A stretch of DNA of 63,747 bases, counting the filler, from Octopus bimaculoides (lineage: Eukaryota), in assembly GCF_001194135.2 (NCBI RefSeq). It is 4 parts of 4 records of this genome, joined end to end, with 100 filler letters (N's around TTAATTAATTAA, not from the genome) between each part and the next. Parts side by side here need not be neighbours in the genome. Positions count along the whole stretch, not along the records: positions 1 to 21,749 come from NC_069009.1; positions 21,850 to 49,187 come from NC_068999.1; 2 more parts are not named here. One strand, given 5' to 3'. Below, piece by piece: positions 21,746-34,763 of the stretch. Within the stretch, counting starts at the first letter, position 1. Every line of letters starts with the position of its first letter. The notes under the pieces were generated by a model. The model was not told the DNA's origin and made no database searches. It worked only from the letters and a program-made list of their open reading frames with translations. A program made the position numbers and the translations under genes.

Positions 21746-21849
21746 ATGTNNNNNNNNNNNNNNNNNNNNNNNNNNNNNNNNNNNNNNNNNNNNTTAATTA
21801 ATTAANNNNNNNNNNNNNNNNNNNNNNNNNNNNNNNNNNNNNNNNNNNN

Positions 21850-21940
21850 CTTATCCCCCCTTTCTCCCCGAAAGAAAAGCTCTACATTGTAATTTGTCCA
21901 TTTTCTGTATTTAGCCCTGTGTGGCTATAATAAAAAGATA
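21850..21940 (+). mobile_element. L1/Tx1-like 3' tail
   Basis: Same tail as 2267-2400. Confidence 0.6.
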
Positions 21941-21955
21941 TATATCTATCTGCCT

Positions 21956-21989
<34 letters not shown>

Positions 21990-21999
21990 CTGTCTATCT

Positions 22000-22590
22000 A
22001 TGGCCTGGTTACAACTCGGGCTGCAGCAACAATGTCCACCCGCCGCCTTTCTCAGTCCATTATCACTGCCTCGAGGTCCTGGATACAGTCCAGACCGGGT
22101 GTCTACGATCAAGTTGTCGATGTAAGTGTGACAACATTTTCCTCTTATTACATCACCATGAAGTGGGTCCCACAAATCTAATTTGGATGCTTCTAGTTCA
22201 GGGTGGCGCACTTAGTGATCAGATTGTCGCAGCCGTTTTTGCCTGATATTCAAGCTAACTTTGGGCAGGTCCCCATAGAAACATTCGTTTCAACCAATCA
22301 TGTGATGCTAAACTGTTTGCTTCGAGCGGTTCCAAATTGAATGTACTTAGAGGGTTGGGTGAGCAGTTCAGAAGCAGACATTAAAGTCAGGAAGACACAA
22401 GCATAGATAACCTGTCACAAACTAAAGAAGGGCTGGAGTTCCAAATTGCCCAGGCGAATCAAAATCAAGCTGTTCATTGCAACTGTCGAATCAGCGCTTT
22501 TATATGGCAGTGAAACATGGACACTGGCAAAGAAATTATCAAACAGGTTAGGTGGCCGCTTCACAAGGATGCTACGAATATAATGCACAG
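22000..22590. mobile_element. RTEX-like LINE 3' region with inverted 5' segment
   Basis: Minus 22000-22310 encodes NECFYGDLPKVSLNIRQKRLR...RHPELEASKLDLWDPLHG...TYIDNL...LDCIQDLEAV. Plus 22322-22590 encodes YL.GWVSSSEADIKVRK..A...CHKLKKGW...IKLFIATVESALLYGSETWTL...TRMLR. Confidence 0.75.
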
Positions 22591-23135
22591 ACGCCAGGGC
22601 AATAAGTCCTGTGTACCTCGTGTGAGGGTTAAGTTTGAGGAAGATATAACCATTATTTCTAGTGGCTCGAGTGACCGTATAGCGGCTCTGTTATTGATGT
22701 GTGGTCCCTATAATGCATTTGGTGAGCATTTGCTCAAATGAAACAACGTAGTCCTAGAGTAAAGTAGTCATCCAAGTAAAACCAGAGACCTTCAAGTTTC
22801 TTTACTTCTAGACGTCTTATTCGATTGCATAACCAAGCCTCGACATCGAACAACGAAATAGCACTGAACTCGTGATCATCGGGCCGAGTCACATGACAAA
22901 GCAAATATGTAAAACATGCAACTCACAACTGCATGAAAGTTATAGGCCCCAATGCTGATATAAATTACTATGTTATAATTTTTCGTAATTACATCTCCCA
23001 GCATGGAAATATAATGTTTTAAATTTGTTCTTAGATTATATTTCAGTCTTAATCAGCAAGCATGAATCAACCGTATCATATATCTCCAGTAAATTGTATT
23101 AAATTTGGTGTGTGTGTGTGTATGTATGCACGCAT

Positions 23136-23249
<114 letters not shown>

Positions 23250-23764
23250 GTGTGTGTATATACATAGACACGCACATTCACACACACACGCACACACACA
23301 CATATATAGATACACATACATAGATACATAGATTCATATACATAAGTACACAGATATACACTATATATTTATATGTATGTATATATATATATATATATAT
23401 ATNNNNNNNNNNNNNNNNNNNNNNNNNNNNNNNNNNNNNNNNNNNNNNNNNNNNNNNNNNNNNNNNNNNNNNNNNNNNNNNNNNNNNNNNNNNNNNNNNN
23501 NNNNNNNNNNNNNNNNNNNNNNNNNNNNNNNNNNNNNNNNNNNNNNNNNNNNNNNNNNNNNNNNNNNNNNNNNNNNNNNNNNNNNNNNNNNNNNNNNNNN
23601 NNNNNNNNNNNNNNNNNNNNNNNNNNNNNNNNNNNNNNNNNNNNNNNNNNNNNNNNNNNNNNNNNNNNNNNNNNNNNNNNNNNNNNNNNNNNNNNNNNNN
23701 NNNNNNTCTTCTTCTTCTTCTTCTTCTTCTTCTTCTTCTTCTTCTTCTTCTTCTTCTTCTTCTT

Positions 23765-23795
<31 letters not shown>

Positions 23796-24254
23796 ACCAG
23801 TTAAACTTAGTGGCTGACGATATGTGCATCTCTGATTACGAGCAGAAGTAGTGCGGGCGCACCACAGTCATGCGTTATGACGATTTCTTTAGGGTTTGAA
23901 TAATTCACTCCAGGAAACATAGGTGTTTTGTTCATCATCCTTGAAACAAACCGTATTCAGGGACCTTTTGAACAGGATGAGCTATTCGACCTGTAGAAAA
24001 TTTTAACTTGGTTCCACCTGCAAGGTCATGCGCTGTTTATCTTGATATGAGACCACCATGTCTCGCACATATGGCTGTAATGCATGTGCCTGGTGTGCCC
24101 TTATGAGACGGGAAGTCATGATGCATATATTGGGCCTAAATACTGTCATGATGCGTATATAGGCCTATAATATGTTGCCTAAATACTGACACATTTTGAC
24201 AGACAGAGGGATAGATAGATAGATAGACAGACAGACAGGCAGACAGGCAGACAA

Positions 24255-27200
24255 AGTTTCAAGATCTTTATTATTTACGATTTCCTTTCATTATAACTTT
24301 ATTTCAGCTGCCTTAGTACCCGGCATCCTCCGGACGCCAAGAGTTGCAAGGGCACTTTTGTTTTGCTATGCATGCTAAAGTTATCACCACATTTATTCCA
24401 TTTTAGATGGAGAGTGCTTTTTCTTAGTATATGGGCTGTCTTTATCAAAGTTATCTTTTGTAGTTCACGGAGATTGGAGTTACCAGGGAGTTGCTTAATA
24501 TACTTCTCAGCTCCCTTCTTTATCATTCCCAACACACCAATTACTACTAGTATTATCGTAGTTCTAAGCTTCTATATTTTTGTGATTTCAATTTGCAAAT
24601 CTTTATAGTCTCTCTTTACTCTTTTTTTACTCTTTTACTTGCTTCAGTCATTTGACTGCGACCATGCTGGAGCACCGCCTTTAGTCGAGCAAATCGACCC
24701 CAGGACTTATTCTTTGGAAGCCTAGTACTTATTCTATCGGTCTCTTTTGCCGAACCGCTAAGTTACGGGGACGTAAAGATACCACCATCGGTTGTCAAGC
24801 GATGTTGGGGGGACAAACACAGACACACAAACACACAGACATATATATATATATATACACATATACGACGGGCTTCTTTCAGTTTCCGTCTACCAAATCC
24901 ACTCACAAGGCTTTGGTCGGCCCGAGGCTATAGTAGAAGACACTTGCCCAAGGTGCCACGCAGAGGGAATGAACCCATTCTTGAGACATCTCGATCTTGA
25001 GGGATTTATTAACATTTTGATCTATTAACAGACAAGTTCCTCAGTTGTAGTCCTTGATCACAATGTCTGGTCGATTGGAGTCAATTTTGGTGTCTGTTTG
25101 TATTGGGAAGTTCCAAAGGATACTGACGCCTACGCCATTTACTACATCCTCTGGATGTGACTACCATTTATCATGGGATTTAATTTTTTAGTATTTACAA
25201 GCATTCCAGTGGATTACTGCCCTAGTCTGTCATGTTTTATGAGGTACTCCTTTTCAGCGAGGACTGGACAGCTAGAAACAACATGATCAATTGTCTCTGT
25301 GAATTTTCCACAAATTCTGCATGAGGGGTCAGATCTGTCTGTAAGGACCTTTGCATGGTAGTTTCTGGTAGGTAAGTTCTGATTTTGCGCTGCAATAACA
25401 AGACCCTTCTGTTTCCCCTTTCAGACCTATCCCTTGTAGCCATTGATGTGTTAGATTTTGGTCAATATCTGGCTTGGACACGCGGTTAGGGTATTTTCCA
25501 TGCAGGAGTTTACCTTTCCCGTTGTCCCGATAGGAATATTATTCTTGCAAGCCTTCTTTGCTTTTTATTTGATGTTTTTTTTTTGCATCAGTGATAGATT
25601 TGTCACAATTTGGATCTCGTTGGTCTTTCTGATTGTTAATTTCTAAATCAGGAGAAGCAATGGTAGGTCTGTCAGTATTTGGGTGTCTTTGGTCATTCTT
25701 ATTGTAAACTTGTGGGCCAAGAGACTTTTTAAATTTCTTACTAAGCTACGAAGCTGACTGAAGCTTGCTTGGAATATTCATGCTTCAGCGAAGTTCGTAA
25801 GAGCAGATCACCTGTTGTATTAAGGTACGTTTCAAGGCCTATTGTTGCTGATTTGAAGGATTGTTCGAGCTGTATCAGGCCTCTTCCACCTATTTTTCCT
25901 GGGAGATAAATCCTGCCTACATCTGATTTTGGTGCATTCGATACTTTGTAAGGCTTTTACGGATCTTTCCACCCATATTCTGCATGTCAGTGAGACTCCA
26001 TTTAATGATACCGAAGCTATATGTGGTTACTGGTATGGCCAAAGAACTGATCGCATAAATTCTGTTAACAGCATTTAATTCTGAGTTTAGGACCATTTTT
26101 ATCCTTCAGTAGCATTCCTTGCGGATTTTCTCTTTCAGTTTAGAGTGCTGGATCCCATCACCTTCATTGGTCCCCAGATATTTGTATACTTCAGATTGGT
26201 CTAGGTTTCAAACAGCTCTGGTAGTATCAAGTTCTATGTTTTCTGCCTTTATGAACTTCCCTGCCTTGAAAGTAGCCTTTGCACATTTATCAAGTCCGAA
26301 TTCCATACCTATATCAGAGCTGAATTATTTGACAATATTCACGAGGTTTTCTAATTCTTTGTCACTTTTGGCAAACAGTTTTAGATCATCTATATAGAGT
26401 AGATGATTAATTTTCTGGTCAAAGATCTTATACCCTCTCTTAGCATTACTCAGTTGTGTGGATAATGGGGGCAGAGCGAGGCAAAATAGTAATGGTGATA
26501 ATGAATCATCTTGAAATAGGTGATATTGATGTCTGGTGAGGTGGTGTGTCCTTGTGGATGGTTTAAAATGAGGATGGTTCTTCACGAATTCACGATTAAT
26601 TTTAATAAACGTTATTTATATTATTTCAAATGTAAATAATGTACATAATTCTTCATTTCTTAAATGTAGAACTGTACTTTTAAAAAGTTCAAAATTATTG
26701 GAGCTATTTTGTAAATTTCCATGGCCTTGATGTTACATGCACGGGGGACACTGTCAAAAGCCTTCTTGTAATCTATCCAAGCAGTGCTAAGGTTTCTGCG
26801 TTTGGATTTGCAATTTTCAATAGCCATTTTATCAATCAGTAATTGGTCCTTATATCCATATAAACTCCTTTTACATCCCTTTTGTTCCATTGGGAATAAT
26901 TTGCTGTTATCCAAGAATTCATATGGTCTATTAGCTATTATAGATGTTAACAGTTTATATATGGTGGTGAGACATGTTATAGGTCGGTATTTTGGCGGGT
27001 TAGTAGTTTCTTCTGTTTTTGGTAAGAGATATGTAATCGCTTCGGTAAACCACTTTGGGACTTTCGCAGGGTTGGACTTGACTTTATTGAGTGCTACGGC
27101 TAAGTTGTGGCGAGTGATCGTTAAAGAGTTTAGCCAAAATTTGGAATTTTATCTATAACTGAGGATTTCCATTTCTTTGACTTGGCGAGCGTCGCTTTCA

Positions 27201-28600
27201 CTTCTTCAATTGTTATATCCTGCCATTCTTGATATCTGAGGTGGGCATTGGCCTCTTCTATGTCCTTGACACAATGTGCATTCTGATTAAACTCCTTTGG
27301 ATTACTGCAAATGTTTTTCCAATAATCTTCAGTTTGCTGCTGGAGAGGAGATGTTTCCCCCAGTTCCCTGTGGAATTTTTTGACTTCTCCTTGAATACTA
27401 TGTTTTGTCTATAGAATGCAGAGAGTTTTTTTGCATCTTGCCAGTCGTTTGGCTTTTTATTGTAGTTTTTGTTTGACGATTTCAATCTGTGTATGCTTTC
27501 TTTTCTTGTAAAAGTCATGTTCAGAAATTAGTCTTATTAGTTTTTTGAGTTTATTAGTTTTTCCCTTTGCTTGCTTCAAGTAGAAAAGATACATCTGCTC
27601 TTAGTTGGATTATTGGCCAGTTTATTTTTTTCCATCTATGCAGGTTGTTTGTGTACATTGCTCTTATTTTTGTCTGTCTCTAACTTTAATACTGTATTTC
27701 TGAGTTGCAACATAGGAAGCTGAGTAAATGAGTTGATCAATCACTTCGAGGGCATTTTCTCTACTATTCTCAAGGAGTTGTCGTATCGGCTTTCTAAGTG
27801 CTTGATCAACTTCTTTGATGACTTGTCTGTTCTTATTAGTATTAATAATTTTGGGAAGTGGAGCTCTTTCGTGGAAAGGTTGATGTAGTTGTATTAAATA
27901 TTGTTCTAGTATTCCATCTAACAGTTCATTGCTGACGTGATCATTTATAGTGTTTTTAGTATCAACTGACGGTCCACCTTCATAAGGTTCTGTGTACCTA
28001 GTTTGCTGGTTTGAGTTAGTGAATTCAGGGCTTTTTACCTGTGGGTATAAGTGAGTATGTGTTATACTGAGTTGACTTTTGACTGATCTATTTTGTCAAT
28101 TTTGCTGTCAGTTAGTCTTTTATTTTTTAGGATTTCACGTCTCACAGCTCCTAGTTTATTACTGTCCATGTACAGCCAGCTATGCAGGTTTTTGCACCTC
28201 GAGATATTGTAGGTCACTTTTTGTGTGGTTGATGCTTCTGGGTTTAGTGTTGAATAATAATAAGCATACATAACTTCGATATATTCCTCCTGAGTCCATT
28301 TCTGTCTTGTATTTCTATTTCTTTGAGATAGATTTGGTAGTTGATCCTGAGCATCAGTTTCGGGAATATCCCTGGTTTGATTTGCTACAGGTTCTTGAGG
28401 AGGTTGGTCCTAATCTAAAGATTTTTCGAGCTCAGTGTCAGAGCCTAAGGTCACTGATGAATGACACGGGTTCTAGGGGGTATTTCCATGGTTGGTATCC
28501 AGGGCCGTGTTAAAAGCGCACAGGGTTAACCAGTTGTCTGGTTCCTTGGGTAAGGTTCAGAGGCCCCAGGCATCATCATTTTCTATTGTTGTTGTTGTTA
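24255..28600 (-). mobile_element. Near-full-length, decayed R4/Dong-type RLE non-LTR retrotransposon
   Basis: In order on minus: N-terminal YYSTLNP...NKLGAVRREILKNKRL; RT motifs EQKGC...KDQLLID, AWIDYKKAFDSVP, FQ.DSLSPLLFCLAL and HLLYIDDLKL; CCHC knuckle CRICGKFTETIDHVVSSC; C-terminal GMIKKG..KYI..LPG...L.ELQKI.L..TAHILR. Interrupted by a SINE (24610-24975) and a ~85-bp insert (26590-26677). Confidence 0.9.
24610..24975 (-). mobile_element. SINE family A inserted in the R4-like element
   Basis: Near full length; head truncated. Confidence 0.9.
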
Positions 28601-29289
28601 TTATTATTATTATTGAGTGAGAGAGCAGTGCATGTCATCTATTATTATTATTATTGGTGCGATGCATTGACAGAATTGGTAGAACGTCGGAAAAAAGCCA
28701 TGTAACATTTTGTTGCGTTTATTCTTGTCCTGACTGTAAATCTTGCCTAAGTTATCTTTGACTTTCATCTCTCCATAAAATAAAGAACAGGTTAAGTTGT
28801 GGAGTCAATTTCATCGATTAACTCTTGTCCATTAATTTGTGATCTTATGCCATTCTAACTATTTACATGTAAGTAAATTTAGTATAATGGCGAAATATAT
28901 CGTACTCTGGTATCCATTGAAGTAACAGAGTAGGTACTTCAGTGAACAAGTATCAACGCATAACTTTATACAGCAACGTAGACTCCATGGAGCTATGAAT
29001 TGTACCTACTCATTGTACTTATTTCCAACTATCGTTCCAATCAACTAGTCTTTTTAGTCATCGACCAGATATAAATAGCAACTTAATCTCCCTTAAATCA
29101 CAACCTACAGTATTAAGAAACGAAGGGAAGACAATCTTGGATAATGTAGGCCTTTTGAGCACTATGTCTAAATGAAAGGTGGGATGGTTATGGCAAGAAT
29201 ACCTTTGACCAAAGGATTACTTGATTAGGTGTGACACAGGGATAAACAACAACAGCAGCAGCAACAACACCCCCACCACCACCACCACC

Positions 29290-29321
<32 letters not shown>

Positions 29322-29987
29322 CAACAACGACAACAACGACAACAACAACAACAACAACAACAGCAACAACGACAACAACAACAACAACAACNNNNNNNNN
29401 NNNNNNNNNNNNNNNNNNNNNNNNNNNNNNNNNNNNNNNNNNNNNNNNNNNNNNNNNNNNNNNNNNNNNNNNNNNNNNNNNNNNNNNNNNNNNNNNNNNN
29501 NNNNNNNNNNNNNNNNNNNNNNNNNNNNNNNNNNNNNNNNNNNNNNNNNNNNNNNNNNNNNNNNNNNNNNNNNNNNNNNNNNNNNNNNNNNNNNNNNNNN
29601 NNNNNNNNNNNNNNNNNNNNNNNNNNNNNNNNNNNNNNNNNNNNNNNNNNNNNNNNNNNNNNNNNNNNNNNNNNNNNNNNNNNNNNNNNNNNNNNNNNNN
29701 NNNNNNNNNNNNNNNNNNNNNNNNNNNNNNNNNNNNNNNNNNNNNNNNNNNNNNNNNNNNNNNNNNNNNNNNNNNNNNNNNNNNNNNNNNNNNNNNNNNN
29801 NNNNNNNNNNNNNNNNNNNNNNNNNNNNNNNNNNNNNNNNNNNNNNNNNNNNNNNNNNNNNNNNNNNNNNNNNNNNNNNNNNNNNNNNNNNNNNATATAT
29901 ATATATGTACACACACAGAGTACATTATATGTACATATACACATATATACATGTATATGTGCATGTCAAGGCATTTATGTATGTAAA

Positions 29988-30059
<72 letters not shown>

Positions 30060-30434
30060 AATGCACAGCGTGAATTGATACAAACATGTATATATGTATA
30101 TATGTGTGTATTACGTATCTACACAATATATAATGTATGTATATTATATATATATGTACACATGCAAATATACACAAACATATATATATACAATATATAT
30201 ATATACAAACACACAGGCACACATACATACCTATGTATGTGTGTGTATATATATATATATATATAGTGTGTGTGTATGTGTTTTTGTCTATGAGCGCGAG
30301 TTTGTGTGCGAGTGTTTCTTTGTGTTTGTGTGTGTGCGCGTGTGCGCGTATATATATATATATATATAAACATTCGCACACACACGTACACACATACACA
30401 CACACACACAAACACATACACACACACACACACG

Positions 30435-30485
<51 letters not shown>

Positions 30486-30559
30486 GCACACACTGGAATG
30501 CAAGCACCATGTAGCTAATTAGTTAAGCCACTTTCAGATTAAAGTAGATCTATACGGAA

Positions 30560-30810
30560 TTACTTCAATAATGATGTCCGAAGCAAGCAAAACTACTGCA
30601 AGATCGGAAAAACAGATTAGATACAAATTGTATACCTATTTGGCAATTCGTTCCAACATCAAGCGAATGTTTCCGTTGTAACGGCTTTAACCGGATGTAA
30701 CCGTGCGGTTTTACCGTTCGTTTGGTTAAGATTATTCGCCACAAGACGCTGTCATTAGCTGAGAAGATTTTAGTTAACGATATCAAATCTTAACGTGACA
30801 TGTTGTCTTT
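30560..30810. promoter_or_regulatory. CpG-retaining unique segment, candidate promoter/regulatory region
   Basis: About 15 CpG in ~250 bp of AT-rich non-repeat DNA. It lies between the 5' side of STEAP (-) and the first + strand exon candidate. Confidence 0.3.
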
Positions 30811-30912
30811 AATTGATACTGTAGGCAGGGAAGCTAGTTATTATGATATTTTCAATGGAATTTAGATTTGGAATTTTACCTAATTTATAGATTGCTGATT
30901 AACAGAACTCAT

Positions 30913-31293
30913 GTGACACCTGATGGCTTATAGCCTCCATAATAGAATAATAACGTCATTGCAGCTTATATGTTCTCTACTATGTGCAGAAGACTTTACA
31001 GATGTGACACCTGGTGGCTGTATTGTTGGTAATACAATATAACCTAAACAATTACATAGGATTTCCAGAGAGAAGCTGGATGTCCATTAGTGACACCTGT
31101 TGCCTATCGCTAAATGAAAATTATTCACCAGATTTTGGTTCTCTAATCCGATAGGATTGTCCAGTAGTGACATCTAGTGGTTATTCCTGATAACACAAAG
31201 ACAGAGAGTTCATGGTGGGCCGTTCTATAGTCGTGTTAGAAAGGTCACATGGTCTCTATAATGATAAGACCAACTAGCAGAGACACCTAGTGG
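30913..31293. promoter_or_regulatory. Homotypic cluster of five G(T/A)GACA(C/T)CT(G/A)..G motifs
   Basis: Motifs start at 30913, 31004, 31090, 31167 and 31280, all in the same orientation. Confidence 0.4.
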
Positions 31294-32488
31294 TTTATTG
31301 TTAACAGTATACAATTGAAAGGTTTCTTTTGACAATGGACCAAATCAAATAGCAATTTTCAAGAAGTCACAAAAGGCTGATTATCCATCGCTGAAGACAA
31401 GAACAACAAAAACAACAGAACACCAATGCCGACACCACAAACCCAACTACCACCTTCACTGATTACTACCGCTACCATAAACATCAACAACTCACCACCA
31501 CCATCTCACCCCCCATTTCACCCCCCATCTCNNNNNNNNNNNNNNNNNNNNNNNNNNNNNNNNNNNNNNNNNNNNNNNNNNNNNNNNNNNNNNNNNNNNN
31601 NNNNNNNNNNNNNNNNNNNNNNNNNNNNNNNNNNNNNNNNNNNNNNNNNNNNNNNNNNNNNNNNNNNNNNNNNNNNNNNNNNNNNNNNNNNNNNNNNNNN
31701 NNNNNNNNNNNNNNNNNNNNNNNNNNNNNNNNNNNNNNNNNNNNNNNNNNNNNNNNNNNNNNNNNNNNNNNNNNNNNNNNNNNNNNNNNNNNNNNNNNNN
31801 NNNNNNNNNNNNNNNNNNNNNNNNNNNNNNNNNNNNNNNNNNNNNNNNNNNNNNNNNNNNNNNNNNNNNNNNNNNNNNNNNNNNNNNNNNNNNNNNNNNN
31901 NNNNNNNNNNNNNNNNNNNNNNNNNNNNNNNNNNNNNNNNNNNNNNNNNNNNNNNNNNNNNNNNNNNNNNNNNNNNNNNNNNNNNNNNNNNNNNNNNNNN
32001 NNNNNNNNNNNNNNNNNNNNNNNNNNNNNNNNNNNNNNNNNNNNNNNNNNNNNNNNNNNNNNNNNNNNNNNNNNNNNNNNNNNNNNNNNNNNNNNNNNNN
32101 NNNNNNNNNNNNNNNNNNNNNNNNNNNNNNNNNNNNNNNNNNNNNNNNNNNNNNNNNNNNNNNNNNNNNNNNNNNNNNNNNNNNNNNNNNNNNNNNNNNN
32201 NNNNNNNNNNNNNNNNNNNNNNNNNNNNNNNNNNNNNNNNNNNNNNNNNNNNNNNNNNNNNNNNNNNNNNNNNNNNNNNNNNNNNNNNNNNNNNNNNNNN
32301 NNNNNNNNNNNNNNNNNNNNNNNNNNNNNNNNNNNNNNNNNNNNNNNNNNNNNNNNNNNNNNNNNNNNNNGAAAGTGGATTAAAAAAATTATATAGAAAG
32401 ATGTGTATGCTCTTCACTGTTTAATGTAATTATAAATTCCCAACACGCTTAAAGCTAAAGGCAATTCTCTTTCCAGTAGTAGTAGTAA

Positions 32489-32534
<46 letters not shown>

Positions 32535-32556
32535 GGTGGTGGTGGCGGCGGTGATG

Positions 32557-32611
<55 letters not shown>

Positions 32612-32791
32612 CAGCAGCAGCAGCAGCAGCTGCAGCAGTTAACTATATTTTTGAAAAGAAATATTTCGCTACAGTCACACACGAATGCGCGTGCATAAAA
32701 CACTTTGAAACGCAAATATATTCCGATAAAACAGGACGGACCAAACGAAGGTGGAAGCTTCATGACATATAAAATGATGCTTCCACTGTAG

Positions 32792-32932
32792 AGATATCAC
32801 GGGTGACACTCGATTGCTCAAAGCTGATGTGATACGACAAACTAGAAATGTTGGTATCCAAGTAATAAGTGGAAACTTGCTACGAGGCGAGCGGACAGCT
32901 GGAGAAATCTTCAGTGTAAGAATTACTACCAA
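32792..32932 (+). CDS. Candidate internal coding exon (141 nt, phase 2/2) of an unidentified gene
   Basis: CTTCCACTGTAG acceptor and AA|GTAAGT donor. Only one frame is open: DITGDTRLLKADVIRQTRNVGIQVISGNLLRGERTAGEIFSVRITT. Confidence 0.55.
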
Positions 32933-34176
32933 GTAAGTGTTTCGGTCCACTAATTCTCGACACGCTAAGGGAACTGGACCTACCTAATTCATGGCTCCTG
33001 GGTGCCCTCTTGCTGTTTTCGAAATGCTGTCTTTACTGGAGATTGAACTCTGGAGCCTCGAGTGATCTTATTTTCCTGAACCATGGTGTATACCGCTCGG
33101 TTATGAAGTTTATTTAAATCTGGGTTTTCAAGATTAATGTCATAAATAAGCCAGATGAAACACACATGCACACTTATAGAATAAACATTTACACAATGAA
33201 CCCCCCCACACACACATTACATCTTTATCATGACTAACTGCCACATTAAGTTATGTACTCCACACCCCCATTAGCTCAACACATACCCGAATATTATCAT
33301 TGAGAGAGTGGACGTAAATGTAAATAACATATTCTGATTAAAAAAGTACATATAACACAAAATGTGATATAATACCATAACAACTAAACTTACTTTATAT
33401 TTAACCCCTGACAACACCTTCAGCTTCGCACATTGAGTTATCAGAATTGTATGCCAATAGCAACACTCTGTCTCAACTACCGACTCCCCCACATTATTTT
33501 GTACGGGTACTTATCAGTAAGCGCAACAAATATAGCTTCAAAATCCTCGAAACTGTCCTAATGATATGTACCGAGTGGAATCTTTCATTTGATGAAATAC
33601 CAGAAAATTAACATGAAAATCCCGGCAACTCAAAAGTTATAAGGCCTAGTAAAATCTGAAATATATATAAAACACCTTGGGTAGAAAGCTAATATTACAT
33701 TCATCATTTGCAACTACGCATACACGCATACCAAATTGCCAAATCCCCCGAAATTTGAATCAAAATTAAAACGATTCCATCTAACAAGAACAAAACAGAT
33801 GCAACGTGACACATCTACCGCCATTCTAGCAACATCTTAAACGTTCTATAAAGATTAATCACTAACTCACAATTTCGATTATCCCAACACGTATTACATA
33901 TTCAATCAGCTACATTCAGCCAACATATTACTCAAGAACCTTGTATAAAAGATACATAACATTATTAATAGAACAAAACGATACTCACCATTCGAAGTAT
34001 GAATAGTATGAACAAAACATTTAATTGTATTTCTTGTTCCTCCAATTCTACAGAAGGAATCTCTACATGGCTGCTCGACCTTCTAGGTTTTTCACTTAGA
34101 CCATACCCAACCGTCTTAAAAAAGGAGACATTGGATAATGTATCTAATACATGGAAAAGAAGACAGGATGCCATGG

Positions 34177-34211
34177 CTGGAACGCGTTTCACCATAGTTT
34201 TCATCAGTCAG
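34177..34211 (-). ncRNA. Minimal hammerhead-like motif, decayed
   Basis: Minus strand: CTGA-CTGATGA-AA AC tatg GT-GAAA-CGCGT-T^-CCAG. Helix III is the palindrome ACGCGU; stem I has one mismatch. Confidence 0.5.
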
Positions 34212-34719
34212 GGAAATACTAACTATGATAACAACAGAATATTCAAAACCTTATTCAGAAACAACTCCAAACACAAACCAGTGAGGAGTCTCAACGTGAT
34301 CGCTTGACTTATAAGATAGAGTAACTAAATTTCTTCAAATCATGCCCTTTCGTCTTCTAAAAAGAACAAGTCGGATGATGTTGCCCGGCTTAAACAATTT
34401 CTGAAAGAAAAACAAATGGTGGAACACCTTTAATTAGAGGTCTAATTAATGAAGACTGACTTAAGACAAGACAATAATGCCAAATATTGGTTAATTTATT
34501 AAATCAGCAAACATCTTTAATATTCAGCAATTTATGTAAGTATCTGCAATTTGGATATAGTGTACCAGAAGATATTCGTCCTCTAACCTTCTCTTAATAT
34601 CTTCGCCTCCAATATACAATACTAATAACATCTTCGATAACCCAATAGTAAACATGAAAAGATAAAATATGACATGTTCAGTTAGTTGATATTTAATGTT
34701 TATGTTTTGTTGTTTTAAG

Positions 34720-34763
34720 ATAAGCGAAAATAAAAGCCGACTTCAGTGTAGGAAACACTCGCG
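34720..34763 (+). other. Candidate 44-nt exon
   Basis: TGTTTTGTTGTTTTAAG acceptor and GCG|GTAAGA donor; open in phase 0 (ISENKSRLQCRKHS). Confidence 0.3.

Noticed and set aside
21794-21805. TTAATTAATTAA flanked by N runs (also near 49232 and 62427)
   Set aside because: An identical 12-mer with stops in all six frames, centred in similar-sized gaps, is a scaffolding spacer rather than biology.
23810-23850. Other isolated CTGANGA hits (23813, 28455, 31392, 36876, 42034, 59077, 63451)
   Set aside because: Each lacks a closable stem II followed by GAAA and a stem I partner.
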